A stretch of 32,000 nt of DNA from Microcystis aeruginosa NIES-2549 (lineage in GTDB: Bacteria > Cyanobacteriota > Cyanobacteriia > Cyanobacteriales > Microcystaceae). The DNA is taken from assembly GCF_000981785.2 (NCBI RefSeq), contig NZ_CP011304.1, forward strand, positions 420,001-452,000, given 5' to 3'. The notes below the pieces were generated by a model. The model ran no database searches. It was not told where the DNA came from and saw only the letters and a program-made list of their open reading frames with translations. Positions 16,522 through 26,312 of this stretch are shown here, piece by piece. Position 1 is the first letter of the stretch; each line of letters opens with the position of its first letter. A program made the position numbers and the translations under genes.

Positions 16522-17757
16522 ATGTCAAACCTGCTCCTCTGTGTCGGACTGATTTGTGGCTCAATTATTTGGGTGGAGATCGTGCGTGATTGCTATCATG
16601 CTCTGGCCCACCATTGGCAGCCCCTTTATCGTCTGCACGTCTGGCATCATCGGGTTTTTCGTCCCGATCTGTCGGTAATGAGCGAGGAAATTTATCGTCG
16701 GGCCCACTGGTACAATGATGTACCGGAGGCCTTGGTTATGTTGGCTGCCAGTGTTTTACCGGTACTACTGGCCTACTCTTGGGGGTTCGATCGCCCTTGG
16801 TTGGGTTGGTTAGGTTCCCTTTATACTTTGGCTTTTCTCAGCACGGCGATCGGTCGAGGTTTAGGTATCGCTAATCTGGAGGAATTAACCGATTTAACCC
16901 ATCGTCCGGGGCAATTTGAGAGTTTTCCCGCTCAATGGCGCGTTAATCGTACCTACCACTGGCGACACCATTTTGATAACCAAAAGGCTTATTATTGTGG
17001 CACTTTCACCTTTATGGATAAATTGATGGGGACGGCACTTTCTCTTAAGGGTAAAACGATCGCCATTACTGGGGCGAATGGAACTTTAGGGCGATCGCTG
17101 TTAAAGTACCTACAGCTGAAGGGAGCCAAGGTAATCGCGCTCACTTCTGGGGAGAATGCGATCGCTATTGAAATTAACGGCGAATCAGTACCTGTAAAAA
17201 CTGTAAAATGGCAAATCGGCGAAGAAACCCAACTTGAGGACCTATTTAAGTCTGTAGATATACTGATTTTAAATCATGGCGTTAATGTCCACGGCCAAAG
17301 AACCCCAGAAGCGATCGAATTAGCCTACCAAGTGAATACTTTTTCCGTCTGGCGTTTAATGGAATTATTCTTCAAAACTGTCCGCACTAACGAGCAAATT
17401 GCCCGCAAGGAAGTCTGGGTGAATACCTCGGAAGCGGAGGTTAATCCTGCCTTTAGTCCCCTCTACGAACTCAGTAAACGGGCGATCGGTGATATGATTA
17501 CCCTGCGTCGTTTAGATGCCCCCTGTGTGGTGAGAAAGCTAATTCTTGGCCCTTTTAAGAGTAATTTAAATCCTGTGGGTATTATGTCCGCCGATTGGGT
17601 GGCTAAACAGATTATCAAGGCGGTACAGAGGGATAGCCGCAATATTATTATTACTATTAATCCCTTGACTTTTATCACCTTCCCAATTAAAGAATTCTCT
17701 GTTTCTACCTACTTAAAACTATTTACTCGTTCCCCAAAAAATCGGGAAAATCCCTAA
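16522..17757 (+). CDS. Fusion of a fatty-acid hydroxylase-like domain and a short-chain dehydrogenase (MgdE-like architecture)
   Basis: N-terminal His boxes HALAHHW, HVWHHRVF and HWRHHF. The C-terminal Rossmann motif is ITGANGTLGRSL. 411 aa. Confidence 0.75.
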   Translation: MSNLLLCVGLICGSIIWVEIVRDCYHALAHHWQPLYRLHVWHHRVFRPDLSVMSEEIYRRAHWYNDVPEALVMLAASVLPVLLAYSWGFDRPWLGWLGSLYTLAFLSTAIGRGLGIANLEELTDLTHRPGQFESFPAQWRVNRTYHWRHHFDNQKAYYCGTFTFMDKLMGTALSLKGKTIAITGANGTLGRSLLKYLQLKGAKVIALTSGENAIAIEINGESVPVKTVKWQIGEETQLEDLFKSVDILILNHGVNVHGQRTPEAIELAYQVNTFSVWRLMELFFKTVRTNEQIARKEVWVNTSEAEVNPAFSPLYELSKRAIGDMITLRRLDAPCVVRKLILGPFKSNLNPVGIMSADWVAKQIIKAVQRDSRNIIITINPLTFITFPIKEFSVSTYLKLFTRSPKNRENP

Positions 17758-17767
17758 CTATTTGTCC

Positions 17768-18712
17768 TTAATCGGGGATTAAGACTATTTTTCCTCGCAC
17801 TCTTTCCGATTCACTATAATTATGAGCTTCTACCACCTGGGAAAAAGTATAGGTGCGATCGATCCTAACAGTTAATTTTCCCGATTCGATCGCTTCTTTG
17901 AGAAATTGCCAGTCAGACGCTTGTGCTTGAGCAAAAAATATCAGTTTCCCTTTTTGGGGCAACCAAGCACCGAGATAATTTAAGAGGATAATTCCTGGAT
18001 TTGGTAGGGTGGTTATATAGATGCCTTGGGGTTTTAAAAGCTGACGACAGTGCCAAAAAGAAGACTTAGCCACAGCATCGAAGATTATATCATATTTCTG
18101 CTCAGTTTTTCTCCAATCTTCTTGGGTATAATCTATAACTTTATCTGCTCCTAAAGAGGTGACATAATCCATATTTTTACTACTACAAATTCCATCTACT
18201 TGCGCGGAGAAAAATTTTCCTATCTGCACGGCAAAGCTACCCACTCCTCCCGATGCACCATTAACTAAAATCCGATTTCCTGCTTGAATACCGCCAAAAT
18301 CGCGCAAGACTTGCAAAGCGGTAGAAGCGGCTAAAGGAGTGGCGGCAGCTTCAATAAAACTCTGATTATGCGGTTTTTTAACTAAGAGGTAAGCGGGAAT
18401 AATCGCATATTCAGCATAGGTTCTACCGGGTAATTGATTGAGAAAACCAAAAACCTCATCTCCGATCTGGAATTGTTCCACTTGACTACCTTTTTCAACG
18501 ATAATTCCCCCATAATCAAAACCTAATTGCAGGGGAAATTTATTACCTGTGGCTATTTTGAGCATTCCCCGACGAATCTTCCAATCAATCGGATTAATCC
18601 CCGCTGCCATAATCTTAATTAAGACTTCTTTTTCTTGGGGAATTGGCTTTTCTATGTCTGTGTATTGGAGAACATTACTATCGCCATAGCGATTAATGAT
18701 AATAGCTTTCAT
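17768..18712 (-). CDS. Zinc-type alcohol dehydrogenase / NADPH:quinone oxidoreductase family protein
   Basis: MKAIIINRYGDSNVLQY..., GFDYGGIIVEKG and the nucleotide-binding motif VNGASGGVGSFAVQ. The start is placed at the ATG at 18712; the track ORF extends to 18778 through the upstream gene. Confidence 0.8.
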   Translation of the reverse strand: MKAIIINRYGDSNVLQYTDIEKPIPQEKEVLIKIMAAGINPIDWKIRRGMLKIATGNKFPLQLGFDYGGIIVEKGSQVEQFQIGDEVFGFLNQLPGRTYAEYAIIPAYLLVKKPHNQSFIEAAATPLAASTALQVLRDFGGIQAGNRILVNGASGGVGSFAVQIGKFFSAQVDGICSSKNMDYVTSLGADKVIDYTQEDWRKTEQKYDIIFDAVAKSSFWHCRQLLKPQGIYITTLPNPGIILLNYLGAWLPQKGKLIFFAQAQASDWQFLKEAIESGKLTVRIDRTYTFSQVVEAHNYSESERVRGKIVLIPD

Positions 18713-18714
18713 AA

Positions 18715-19101
18715 TTAAGAAAAAAGTTGATAAAATAGTAAGGGAGCAAAAGTAATGACCAAGAGAACAAAAATCCAAACTCGTCCCGCCAAAAGATTAT
18801 AATCTTGACCTAATCTTGACCAAGAGTGACCGGCGATAAAATGGCCGAATAGAAACTCAAAACCCACTGTTAATACTAACCAAATTAAACCGATAGTAAT
18901 TGCTTGGCTGGAGGATTCTAGACCCCAAAAATAGACAAGAGTGCCAATATAAAGACTAAAAAATAGGCTTCCCGTCAGGGTAGAAATTTGATGAGCGCGT
19001 AGTTCATCGAGATATTTTCCGTAGGTGGTTTCTCGGAGGATACCGTTACTAATTCCTATTACGATCATCGGGAGCCATGCAACAATGTAGCGACTAATCA
19101 T
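18715..19101 (-). CDS. Small integral membrane protein, unknown function
   Basis: 128 aa from the ATG at 19101, with about 4 hydrophobic segments. Its stop lies 2 nt before the oxidoreductase start, so they are probably an operon. Confidence 0.5.
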   Translation of the reverse strand: MISRYIVAWLPMIVIGISNGILRETTYGKYLDELRAHQISTLTGSLFFSLYIGTLVYFWGLESSSQAITIGLIWLVLTVGFEFLFGHFIAGHSWSRLGQDYNLLAGRVWIFVLLVITFAPLLFYQLFS

Positions 19102-19201
19102 AAGTTGTTGGTTTAGAACTCGCTCTAATTGGATTATATACTGCAGCTGCCCTTGGCAAAGGCTGCATCTCAATTTGGTCGAAATATCTAGATGACATTT
19201 T

Positions 19202-19295
19202 GGGCGCACGCAGTTCGATAAACTCACTGACCACAGTGCGCCCCTACCATTGGCGCGATAATATTATTTATTGTAGGGGCGAATTGTATTCGCCC
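19202..19295. repeat. Pair of REP-like hairpins carrying CCCCTAC / GTAGGGG motifs
   Basis: GGGCGCAC (19202-19209) pairs with GTGCGCCC (19236-19243), followed by CTAC. GTAG is followed by GGGCGAA (19277-19283), which pairs with TTCGCCC (19289-19295). Confidence 0.6.
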
Positions 19296-19348
19296 TCTTT
19301 GAATAACTTCTGCTTAAAAACGGATTTGGGGTTAAAAAGGGAAAAAAA

Positions 19349-19406
19349 GGCGTGTAAAAGGACTGACATTTATAAATACAGTGTATTTGTAAGAGGTTTA
19401 CACGCC
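19349..19406. repeat. Long hairpin with a 10-bp stem, GGCGTGTAAA ... TTTACACGCC
   Basis: The arms are at 19349-19358 and 19397-19406. The 38-nt interior is AT-rich and partly self-complementary. Confidence 0.55.
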
Positions 19407-19736
19407 TAGACAGCTTTAAACATCCGCTTTAAATCTATAATCCCCCATTAGCGCCAATATAGATGTAATCTCGATCCTATTCTGACTATGATTTGTATCA
19501 ACAAATGCTGATGGGTTAGGACAGAACAGGGAGGTAACAGTAGGGTAAATTGTTAATTTTTTTAGTAATTCAGCTACATTATCCTAAAAATGTCACACTA
19601 GAGGTAGGGGATCGTCAGGGATTAATCATCAGCTTTCAGCAATTTTTGACTATTTCCCCAGGGTATTGCTGGCAGCCGATGGGAAAAAAGATTAACTTCA
19701 ACCCTGAAGTTATCTGCTATCGAGGAGGTTAATTCT

Positions 19737-20267
19737 ATGGATAATACGGAAACACTCTCAGTCGATCGAGATACCAACAAACTCTATAATAAAATTCTCG
19801 TGGCTGTGGATTATCAAGATGTCACTCCAGAGGTGTTGGATGCTGCTATCCTCTTAGCGAAAACCTACGCTAGTCAGTTGCGGATTATTTATAGTCTATC
19901 TAAACCTTTGATTCCCTACACGGAAACTTTTATTTATGGTAATCTGATCGGTTATGGTGGTGGTTATCCCCCCGATATGATCGCCTTAGAACAACAAATC
20001 ACCGAAGAAATGCAGGCGGAATTACAGGCTTGGTTAAACGGTTTAGTCGATCGAGCTAAGGAAGATAATATCACAGCCCAGGCTGATTATTATATCGGTG
20101 ATCCGGGCCAGAAAATTTGTCAAGTTGCCCAGCAAGAGGGGATAGATTTAATTATTGTTGGTCGTCACGGTCGATCGGGTTTATCTGAGTTAATCTTAGG
20201 TAGTGTCAGTAATTATGTGGTGCATCATGCTCCCTGTTCGGTTTTGGTGGTACACATCACTCGTTAA
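19737..20267 (+). CDS. Universal stress protein family
   Basis: ILVAVDY..., ...DLIIVGRHGRSGLSELILGSVSNYVVHHAPCSVLVV. 176 aa. Confidence 0.85.
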   Translation: MDNTETLSVDRDTNKLYNKILVAVDYQDVTPEVLDAAILLAKTYASQLRIIYSLSKPLIPYTETFIYGNLIGYGGGYPPDMIALEQQITEEMQAELQAWLNGLVDRAKEDNITAQADYYIGDPGQKICQVAQQEGIDLIIVGRHGRSGLSELILGSVSNYVVHHAPCSVLVVHITR

Positions 20268-22434
20268 TTAGAAAGGGTTGAAATCCATTTTTTGCTGTCC
20301 ATTGAATCGCTCCATCTCTCCCGGTCCAGTAAGTCTTAATCCTAGCCTTTCTCAGTTGATTTCTGGCATTGCGGGAGAGATTGTTAGTGACAGCAATCGC
20401 TGTTTGCGGTCGAATGGACTCTAACCATTGTTTATCTAGATTACTTCCCTGCCATAATAACACTAGGGGGCTAAATTCTTGGGATAAATTAACGGGATTT
20501 TTAGGGTTGATAATCCAGAGCCAGGATTGATTTTTTACCTGAAATTTAAATAAATTTTTCTCGATCAATTGTCCAGTAATTTCGCCGAGATTAAATTTTT
20601 CTGACTGGGATAAATTAATAATTTTTTTGATCGGTATGTCCTCACTGATAGTTGAGAATTGCGCCGAATTATTGACGGTTATTGCTCCTTGTATTTGATT
20701 AATTCCCTCCTGTCGCAAAAAGGGTAAAACTGTATAACGTGCTGTGGCGGGTTCCTCCCCATTAATTAACAGGGTATTTCCTCGATTTTGAATAATTATT
20801 ACCGGTTGCGATTTGGTGGCTAAAACTGTCACCTGAGTTAAAGTAAAATGCTGATAAATAATCGGTATTAAAATTACAGCGAGGATAAATAACCCGATTA
20901 AATGCCACCGTTGACGAAACCAGAGATTAAAGCAGATTAAGGTAAGGCAAATATAAATAATTAACATCACTCCTAAAGATAATTTACCTGTGGAGTAGGT
21001 ACTAAAAGGAAGCCGACTAAAAAAGGTGGTAATTTGCAGTAGTAACTCTAGAGGGTAATATAGAATACTAGCGCCGATACTGCCCAAGGGGGGATAAATT
21101 AAGCCTAAAAAAGCAGTAAAAACTCCTCCTAAACTAATTAGGGTAACTAGGGGTGTTGTGATAATATTAATGGGGATATTATAAAGAGCGATCGAGTTAA
21201 AGGTAAACATTAATAAAGGCATAGTCCAGATAGTGGCAGCTAGACTAATAGCTATAGGTTCAGCGATTAAATTAGGTAAATAGTCAATTTTATTTTTCAG
21301 GAAAGGAACGGTAATAATTAATCCCAAAGTCGCTAAAAAACTTAACTGAAATCCTAAATCCCAAATCCAGAGAGGTTGCCATAATAATAGAATTGTAGCC
21401 GCTAGTAAAAGTGATCCTAAACTATTAACTTGTCGATTATAAAGCAGACCGATTAATGCGCCAATTCCCATCAAAATTGCCCGCAGGACTGAAGGTTGTA
21501 ACCCTGTTAGAGTGCCGTAAATTATTAAGATAGTAAGGGCAATAATAAACTGTTTTTTGGGGGATAAATTGCGAGTAATAGTTAAAACAAACCCCAACAA
21601 AATAGACACATGAAAGCCAGAAGCTGCTAAAATATGAGCCAGTCCAGTTTTAATAAATAAATCGGTGATTTTTGCTGGCAAATTAACCGCTTGTCGTCCG
21701 AGGGTAATCGAACTTAATAAAGTCCCTTTTTCTTGACCTATTCCTTGAATTTGTGCCTCAACAATGCGCTGACGAATCTGCGAAACTCCCCAATTTGGTG
21801 ACTTTTTGTCGATAATTATTTCCCCTTTTAAACCAGCAAAAGCACCCCGACGCGCTAGATAATTAGCAAAGTCAAAAGCATTGGGATTATTGGCACGACG
21901 GGGACGATACAGTAATCCTTTAATTGTTATTTCTTGTCCGGGATAAACCTGATTTTCTGCTAGATTTGGTAGAGTAACGTAGAGTTTACCTTCGGATTTT
22001 TCTGTTGGTAAATTCCTAAGGCTAAATTCTTTTACTTCTAACCAAAATTGTAAATTTTCTCGGCGATTGAGACGAATTTCTGATATAATATTACCCGTGA
22101 TTTTAATAGAGTTAACTACATTATTTTTTAAAAGATGACTGATATCGTTTGCGCTGGGGTAAGGAGTGCGAATTTCCAGATAAACAACGGCAAAGATAGC
22201 TATTAATCCCGCTATCAGCCAAATTTTTTTCGGGGGACTTTGCCACCAAAAACGACGGATAAAAATTGTGGTTAAGAGGGTAATTAGACTAATAATAATA
22301 ATTCTAATTACCACTTCTTGCCATCGGTTTAACTGGGGACTAAAATCTAGCAGACCTGTAGATAATAATCCCAGAATATAGGCTAAACCAAGAATAACGC
22401 TATTAGGGCGATTCATAGAAATTTTTGTCGTCAA
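20257..22434 (-). CDS. comEC: ComEC/Rec2-family DNA internalisation channel protein
   Basis: Multi-pass membrane protein. It has a DUF4131-like N-terminal OB region and a competence domain (...GLAHILAASGFHVSIL...). 725 aa. Confidence 0.75.
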   Translation of the reverse strand: MTTKISMNRPNSVILGLAYILGLLSTGLLDFSPQLNRWQEVVIRIIIISLITLLTTIFIRRFWWQSPPKKIWLIAGLIAIFAVVYLEIRTPYPSANDISHLLKNNVVNSIKITGNIISEIRLNRRENLQFWLEVKEFSLRNLPTEKSEGKLYVTLPNLAENQVYPGQEITIKGLLYRPRRANNPNAFDFANYLARRGAFAGLKGEIIIDKKSPNWGVSQIRQRIVEAQIQGIGQEKGTLLSSITLGRQAVNLPAKITDLFIKTGLAHILAASGFHVSILLGFVLTITRNLSPKKQFIIALTILIIYGTLTGLQPSVLRAILMGIGALIGLLYNRQVNSLGSLLLAATILLLWQPLWIWDLGFQLSFLATLGLIITVPFLKNKIDYLPNLIAEPIAISLAATIWTMPLLMFTFNSIALYNIPINIITTPLVTLISLGGVFTAFLGLIYPPLGSIGASILYYPLELLLQITTFFSRLPFSTYSTGKLSLGVMLIIYICLTLICFNLWFRQRWHLIGLFILAVILIPIIYQHFTLTQVTVLATKSQPVIIIQNRGNTLLINGEEPATARYTVLPFLRQEGINQIQGAITVNNSAQFSTISEDIPIKKIINLSQSEKFNLGEITGQLIEKNLFKFQVKNQSWLWIINPKNPVNLSQEFSPLVLLWQGSNLDKQWLESIRPQTAIAVTNNLSRNARNQLRKARIKTYWTGRDGAIQWTAKNGFQPFLINE

Positions 22435-22472
22435 AGAATTTCAGAATTAGCGGCCATTATTTTTACATAATA

Positions 22473-24284
22473 TCAGCGAAAATCAAGATTAAAAAGTAAC
22501 TTAGCATAAACACTATGGGGATCATTAAATGTAGGTAACTTCAATAATTCCTGCTGAAAATTTTGCCATTCCTGCGTCAAAGGATGATTATTTTTAGTGA
22601 GAGGAGGAAGATAGGTTTGCAAGAAATTAGAAAAAAGTTCTTCTTGCCAACTTTGCGATCGAGGATATTCCTTAAGACTCCAATCATCCCCTAATTTAGC
22701 TGTTTTGGCTGCGTATTGCACGGCCGCTTCTAGACCACCGATTTGATCAACTAAACCAATTTTAACCGCATCTTTTCCCGTCCAGACGCGACCTTGGGCC
22801 ACACTTCTAACCTTATCTGGTGATAATTTTCGTCCCCGGGCTACCGTCTCGATAAATAAATCATAGAACCGATTAACTGCCGCTTGATAAATTTCTAATT
22901 CTTGGGGATTTTTCGGTCTGGTAATAGTAGATATATCGGCCAATTTTCCAGTTTTCACCGTATCCCAATCGATGCCATTGTTATTAGCAATCTTCTGGAT
23001 ATTTAACAATAATCCAAACACACCAATCGAACCAGTAATTGTATCATGATCGGCAAAAATTCTTTGACCCCCCATCGCAATCCAATAACCCCCAGAAGCA
23101 GCCACATCACCCATAGAAATAATTACTGGTTTTTTCGCATCTAAACGCTTAATTTCCCGCAGAATTACCTCAGAAGCGGTGGCACTTCCCCCCGGACTAT
23201 TAATTCTCAAAACTACCGCTTTCACCTCCTCCTTCCCCTGTAATTTTCGCAGTTCCTTCGCCAATTTATCCCCACCAATTTCGCCTCTATCTCCCTGACC
23301 TTCTACGATTGTCCCTTCTGCATAAACTATCGCTATTTGATTGCTACTATCTTCCTCCTCATCGAGAGAACTAGCATAATTAGCTAAAGAAATTTGCGAA
23401 AAAGAGTCAGAATTTACCTCCTCATTAGTTTTATTTTTTGCTTCTCCTGTTAACTCCTTTGCTAAAACAATTACTCGATCTAAATAGGCCACTTCATCGA
23501 CAAAACCCGCCTTTTTCGCTCTGGTTGCTTCCAGAATACCTTGAGTATTAGAAATAGTTTGCACCTGTTGGGGGGTTAAATTGCGACTTTTGGCCACTGT
23601 GGAACTATAATTAGACCAAATTGTATCGAGTAGGGTTTGCAGCTGCTGACGATTCTGGACACTTAAATCCTGACGCGTATAGGGTTCCACCGCACCTTTA
23701 AAAGAACCCACTTTTACCACTTGTACCCCCACACCATACTTTTCTAGTGCATCGGCAAAAAAGGTTTGTTGACTACTTAAACCATTAATTTCCATTCTCC
23801 CCACGGGATTAATAATCACCTTTTCAGCAACGGAAGCGAGATAATATTCCTTTTCCGTCCATTCCACATCGTAGGCGATAATTTTTTTACCCGATTGGCG
23901 AAATTTTGCCAAAGCTTGCCGCACTTCCGTCAGGGTAGCATAGCCATATTCACCGATATTGTCGCGACCGTAGAGTAACAGACCGACAATACTATCATCA
24001 AGGGTGGCCTTTTCGATCGCCGCTATCACCTGTCGCAAATTTAAAGCGGTCGTACTCTCACCGGTCAAACTATCGGCTAAACTGGAACTAGGGGGAGCAT
24101 CGCTGATATTGGTGGCTAAGTTAAAAACTAAGACTGATTTTTCCTTAACTGAGGAGCTATCGCTAGAAATCAGGGAAGAAAGCAGTAAAAATGCTAATCC
24201 CCCCACACCTAAGACCGAAAATGCCAATAATCCCAATAAAGTTCCCAAGCAACTAGCGAAAGTTTGTTTAAAAAACTGCCCCAT
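22473..24284 (-). CDS. sppA: Signal peptide peptidase SppA, 67K type
   Basis: Duplicated ClpP/crotonase-like halves, N-terminal TM segment, GDVAASGGYWIA. 603 aa. Confidence 0.85.
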   Translation of the reverse strand: MGQFFKQTFASCLGTLLGLLAFSVLGVGGLAFLLLSSLISSDSSSVKEKSVLVFNLATNISDAPPSSSLADSLTGESTTALNLRQVIAAIEKATLDDSIVGLLLYGRDNIGEYGYATLTEVRQALAKFRQSGKKIIAYDVEWTEKEYYLASVAEKVIINPVGRMEINGLSSQQTFFADALEKYGVGVQVVKVGSFKGAVEPYTRQDLSVQNRQQLQTLLDTIWSNYSSTVAKSRNLTPQQVQTISNTQGILEATRAKKAGFVDEVAYLDRVIVLAKELTGEAKNKTNEEVNSDSFSQISLANYASSLDEEEDSSNQIAIVYAEGTIVEGQGDRGEIGGDKLAKELRKLQGKEEVKAVVLRINSPGGSATASEVILREIKRLDAKKPVIISMGDVAASGGYWIAMGGQRIFADHDTITGSIGVFGLLLNIQKIANNNGIDWDTVKTGKLADISTITRPKNPQELEIYQAAVNRFYDLFIETVARGRKLSPDKVRSVAQGRVWTGKDAVKIGLVDQIGGLEAAVQYAAKTAKLGDDWSLKEYPRSQSWQEELFSNFLQTYLPPLTKNNHPLTQEWQNFQQELLKLPTFNDPHSVYAKLLFNLDFR

Positions 24285-24423
24285 CGGTTTTCATCTGCTA
24301 CTAATTATCCTCTTTCCTATTGTAGGGATTCCCCGCCCAGAAACAAGTTTTTTATTTGCGAACAAATGTACTAATAGCTTACTCTCGCTCTGTTTTAAGG
24401 AGTATAATTAACTGGTTGCGGCA

Positions 24424-24569
24424 AACTAAGTAGCCGTTTACAATTAAAGATAAAATACAGTAAAACGTAGGGTGCGTTAGACGGCAAAAATTGCTGCTTT
24501 GACTTGAAGGTAACAATCCGTCGTAACGCACCACCTGTTATCAACTAAGTAGCCAGTTACAATTAAAGA
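24424..24569. repeat. 27-nt direct repeats (25 of 27 identical) flanking an imperfect 14-bp hairpin; resembles a MITE or REP
   Basis: AACTAAGTAGCCGTTTACAATTAAAGA lies at 24424-24450, and the same sequence with two mismatches lies at 24543-24569. Between them, GGTGCGTTAGACGG (24471-24484) pairs with CCGTCGTAACGCACC (24518-24532). Confidence 0.65.
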
Positions 24570-24667
24570 ACAGGAACCAGAAGCCTGTCCCACTATCTAA
24601 CAATTAATTGAGATTACTTACTTAACAGCTAATTGGTTTTGACTTTTCACTTTAATTATTTAATCTT

Positions 24668-25696
24668 ATGCAGTTTATTGATCGCGCCGAAATAGAAGTA
24701 GAAGGGGGTAAGGGAGGTGATGGAATTGTCGCTTTCCGTCGGGAAAAATACGTCCCCGCTGGCGGTCCGGCCGGAGGTAATGGGGGAAAAGGTGGTTCGG
24801 TGATTTTTGTCGCCACTCAGAACCTGCAAACCCTGCTAGATTTCCAGTACAGTCGCTATTTTAAGGCCGATGACGGTAAACGGGGCGGCCCGAACAACTG
24901 CACCGGGGCCAACGGTAGCGATCGCATTATTAAAGTTCCCTGTGGTACAGTGGTTTACGATCTCGATAGCGAGGAAATTATCGGCGATTTGGTCACGCCT
25001 GAACAGACTTTAATCGTCGCCGCTGGGGGAAAAGGGGGATTAGGCAACCGCCACTTTTTAAGCAATAATAACCGCGCACCTGAATACGCTTTACCCGGTT
25101 TAGACGGAGAAAAACGCCATTTACGCCTAGAATTGAAGTTATTAGCGGAAGTGGGACTGATCGGGCTGCCCAATGCGGGAAAATCCACCCTAATCTCGGC
25201 CGTTTCCTCTGCTCGTCCCAAAATCGCCGATTATCCCTTTACGACTCTTATCCCTAACTTGGGAGTGGTACGCAAACCCACGGGAGATGGGACGGTATTC
25301 GCCGATATTCCTGGATTAATCGAGGGAGCGCACCTAGGAATCGGCCTAGGACACGAATTTTTACGCCATATCGAACGCACACGCCTGTTAATTCATCTTG
25401 TCTCCTTGACATCAGAAGACCCGATCGCCGATTATCAAATTATCCAAGGGGAATTAGCCGCCTATGGTCGGGGATTAGAAAAGCGCTCACAAATACTGGT
25501 TTTCAACAAAATTGATGCTGTGGACGAGGAAACGATAGATAACTATCAAAAGCAGTTTGCTAAAATAACTAATGCCGAGATTTTGACTATTTCCGCCGTG
25601 ACGGGAGCCGGATTAACCACTTTACTCGCCAAAGTTTGGCAGCAACTGGAGCAACTGGAGAGGGTCGAGGATGAAACCCCTTCCCTGTTTTCCTAA
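24668..25696 (+). CDS. obg: GTPase Obg/CgtA
   Basis: [19 protein letters not shown]..., the Gly-rich Obg fold, G1 motif GLPNAGKST and NKID. 342 aa. Confidence 0.92.
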   Translation: MQFIDRAEIEVEGGKGGDGIVAFRREKYVPAGGPAGGNGGKGGSVIFVATQNLQTLLDFQYSRYFKADDGKRGGPNNCTGANGSDRIIKVPCGTVVYDLDSEEIIGDLVTPEQTLIVAAGGKGGLGNRHFLSNNNRAPEYALPGLDGEKRHLRLELKLLAEVGLIGLPNAGKSTLISAVSSARPKIADYPFTTLIPNLGVVRKPTGDGTVFADIPGLIEGAHLGIGLGHEFLRHIERTRLLIHLVSLTSEDPIADYQIIQGELAAYGRGLEKRSQILVFNKIDAVDEETIDNYQKQFAKITNAEILTISAVTGAGLTTLLAKVWQQLEQLERVEDETPSLFS

Positions 25697-25705
25697 AATC
25701 GCTCG

Positions 25706-26071
25706 TTAGTTGTTGGGTTGCCGGGGTGCGGGTGGTCGGCGATTGCTCGGTCTTCTTTCCGTACCTTCAAAGTTACCATTAGAACGACGGGTGCGGCGCT
25801 GTTCGCCTTCATTTTCGGCCGCATAGACTTCTAGATAAAGAGAGCGACCCGCACTCGCGGCCGCCATTTCTAGGGTAGTTCTAATCGCCTGTAAATTGCG
25901 TCCTCCCCGGCCGTAAACTTTGCCTTTATCGGCATCATCGAAGGCTACACGCACCCAAAGACGTTCATTTTCCTTACAGCGCTCGATATCCAATCTCAGA
26001 CTGGCCGGATCTTCCAAAAACGGCTCGATCATAAATTTCACCAGTTCGAGATAATTGGGGGTACTAGGCAT
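25706..26071 (-). CDS. KH-domain RNA-binding protein encoded downstream of rpsP
   Basis: ...[19 protein letters not shown]...[16 protein letters not shown]..., with an Arg-rich tail. The start is placed at the ATG at 26071, which overlaps the rpsP stop (ATGCCTAG). Confidence 0.75.
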   Translation of the reverse strand: MPSTPNYLELVKFMIEPFLEDPASLRLDIERCKENERLWVRVAFDDADKGKVYGRGGRNLQAIRTTLEMAAASAGRSLYLEVYAAENEGEQRRTRRSNGNFEGTERRPSNRRPPAPRQPNN

Positions 26072-26312
26072 TGATTTTCTCGAAAATTTTCTGTTTGGTG
26101 AGAATGCCGCGCACGGTGTCCGTCGGTTGCGCTCCTTGTTGTAAGCGTCGGATAATCCCTTCTTCATCCAGACGCACTTCATCGGTGCGGGGATTGTAGA
26201 ATCCTAACTCCTCTAGGGGACGACCATCGCGACGACTGGTGCTAACGGCCGCAACGATACGATAACTGGCTTCGCGTTTTTTACCAAAGCGTTTTAGACG
26301 TAATTTGATCAT
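26064..26312 (-). CDS. rpsP: 30S ribosomal protein S16
   Basis: [21 protein letters not shown]...[14 protein letters not shown]. 82 aa. Confidence 0.92.
   Translation of the reverse strand: MIKLRLKRFGKKREASYRIVAAVSTSRRDGRPLEELGFYNPRTDEVRLDEEGIIRRLQQGAQPTDTVRGILTKQKIFEKINA

Noticed and set aside
19200-19732. ORFs 19200..19409 and 19550..19732
   Set aside because: They lie across REP-like hairpins in an intergenic gap. They have no recognisable domains and odd composition, so I treated the region as non-coding.
24004-24411. 135-aa plus-strand ORF
   Set aside because: It is mostly antisense to the 5' end of sppA, including its signal-anchor region, and has no motifs.
25706-26182. Long (158-aa) version of the KH-domain ORF
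   Set aside because: The N-terminal extension overlaps rpsP by more than 100 nt in another frame. The internal ATG at 26071 gives the usual rpsP-stop/KH-start overlap.
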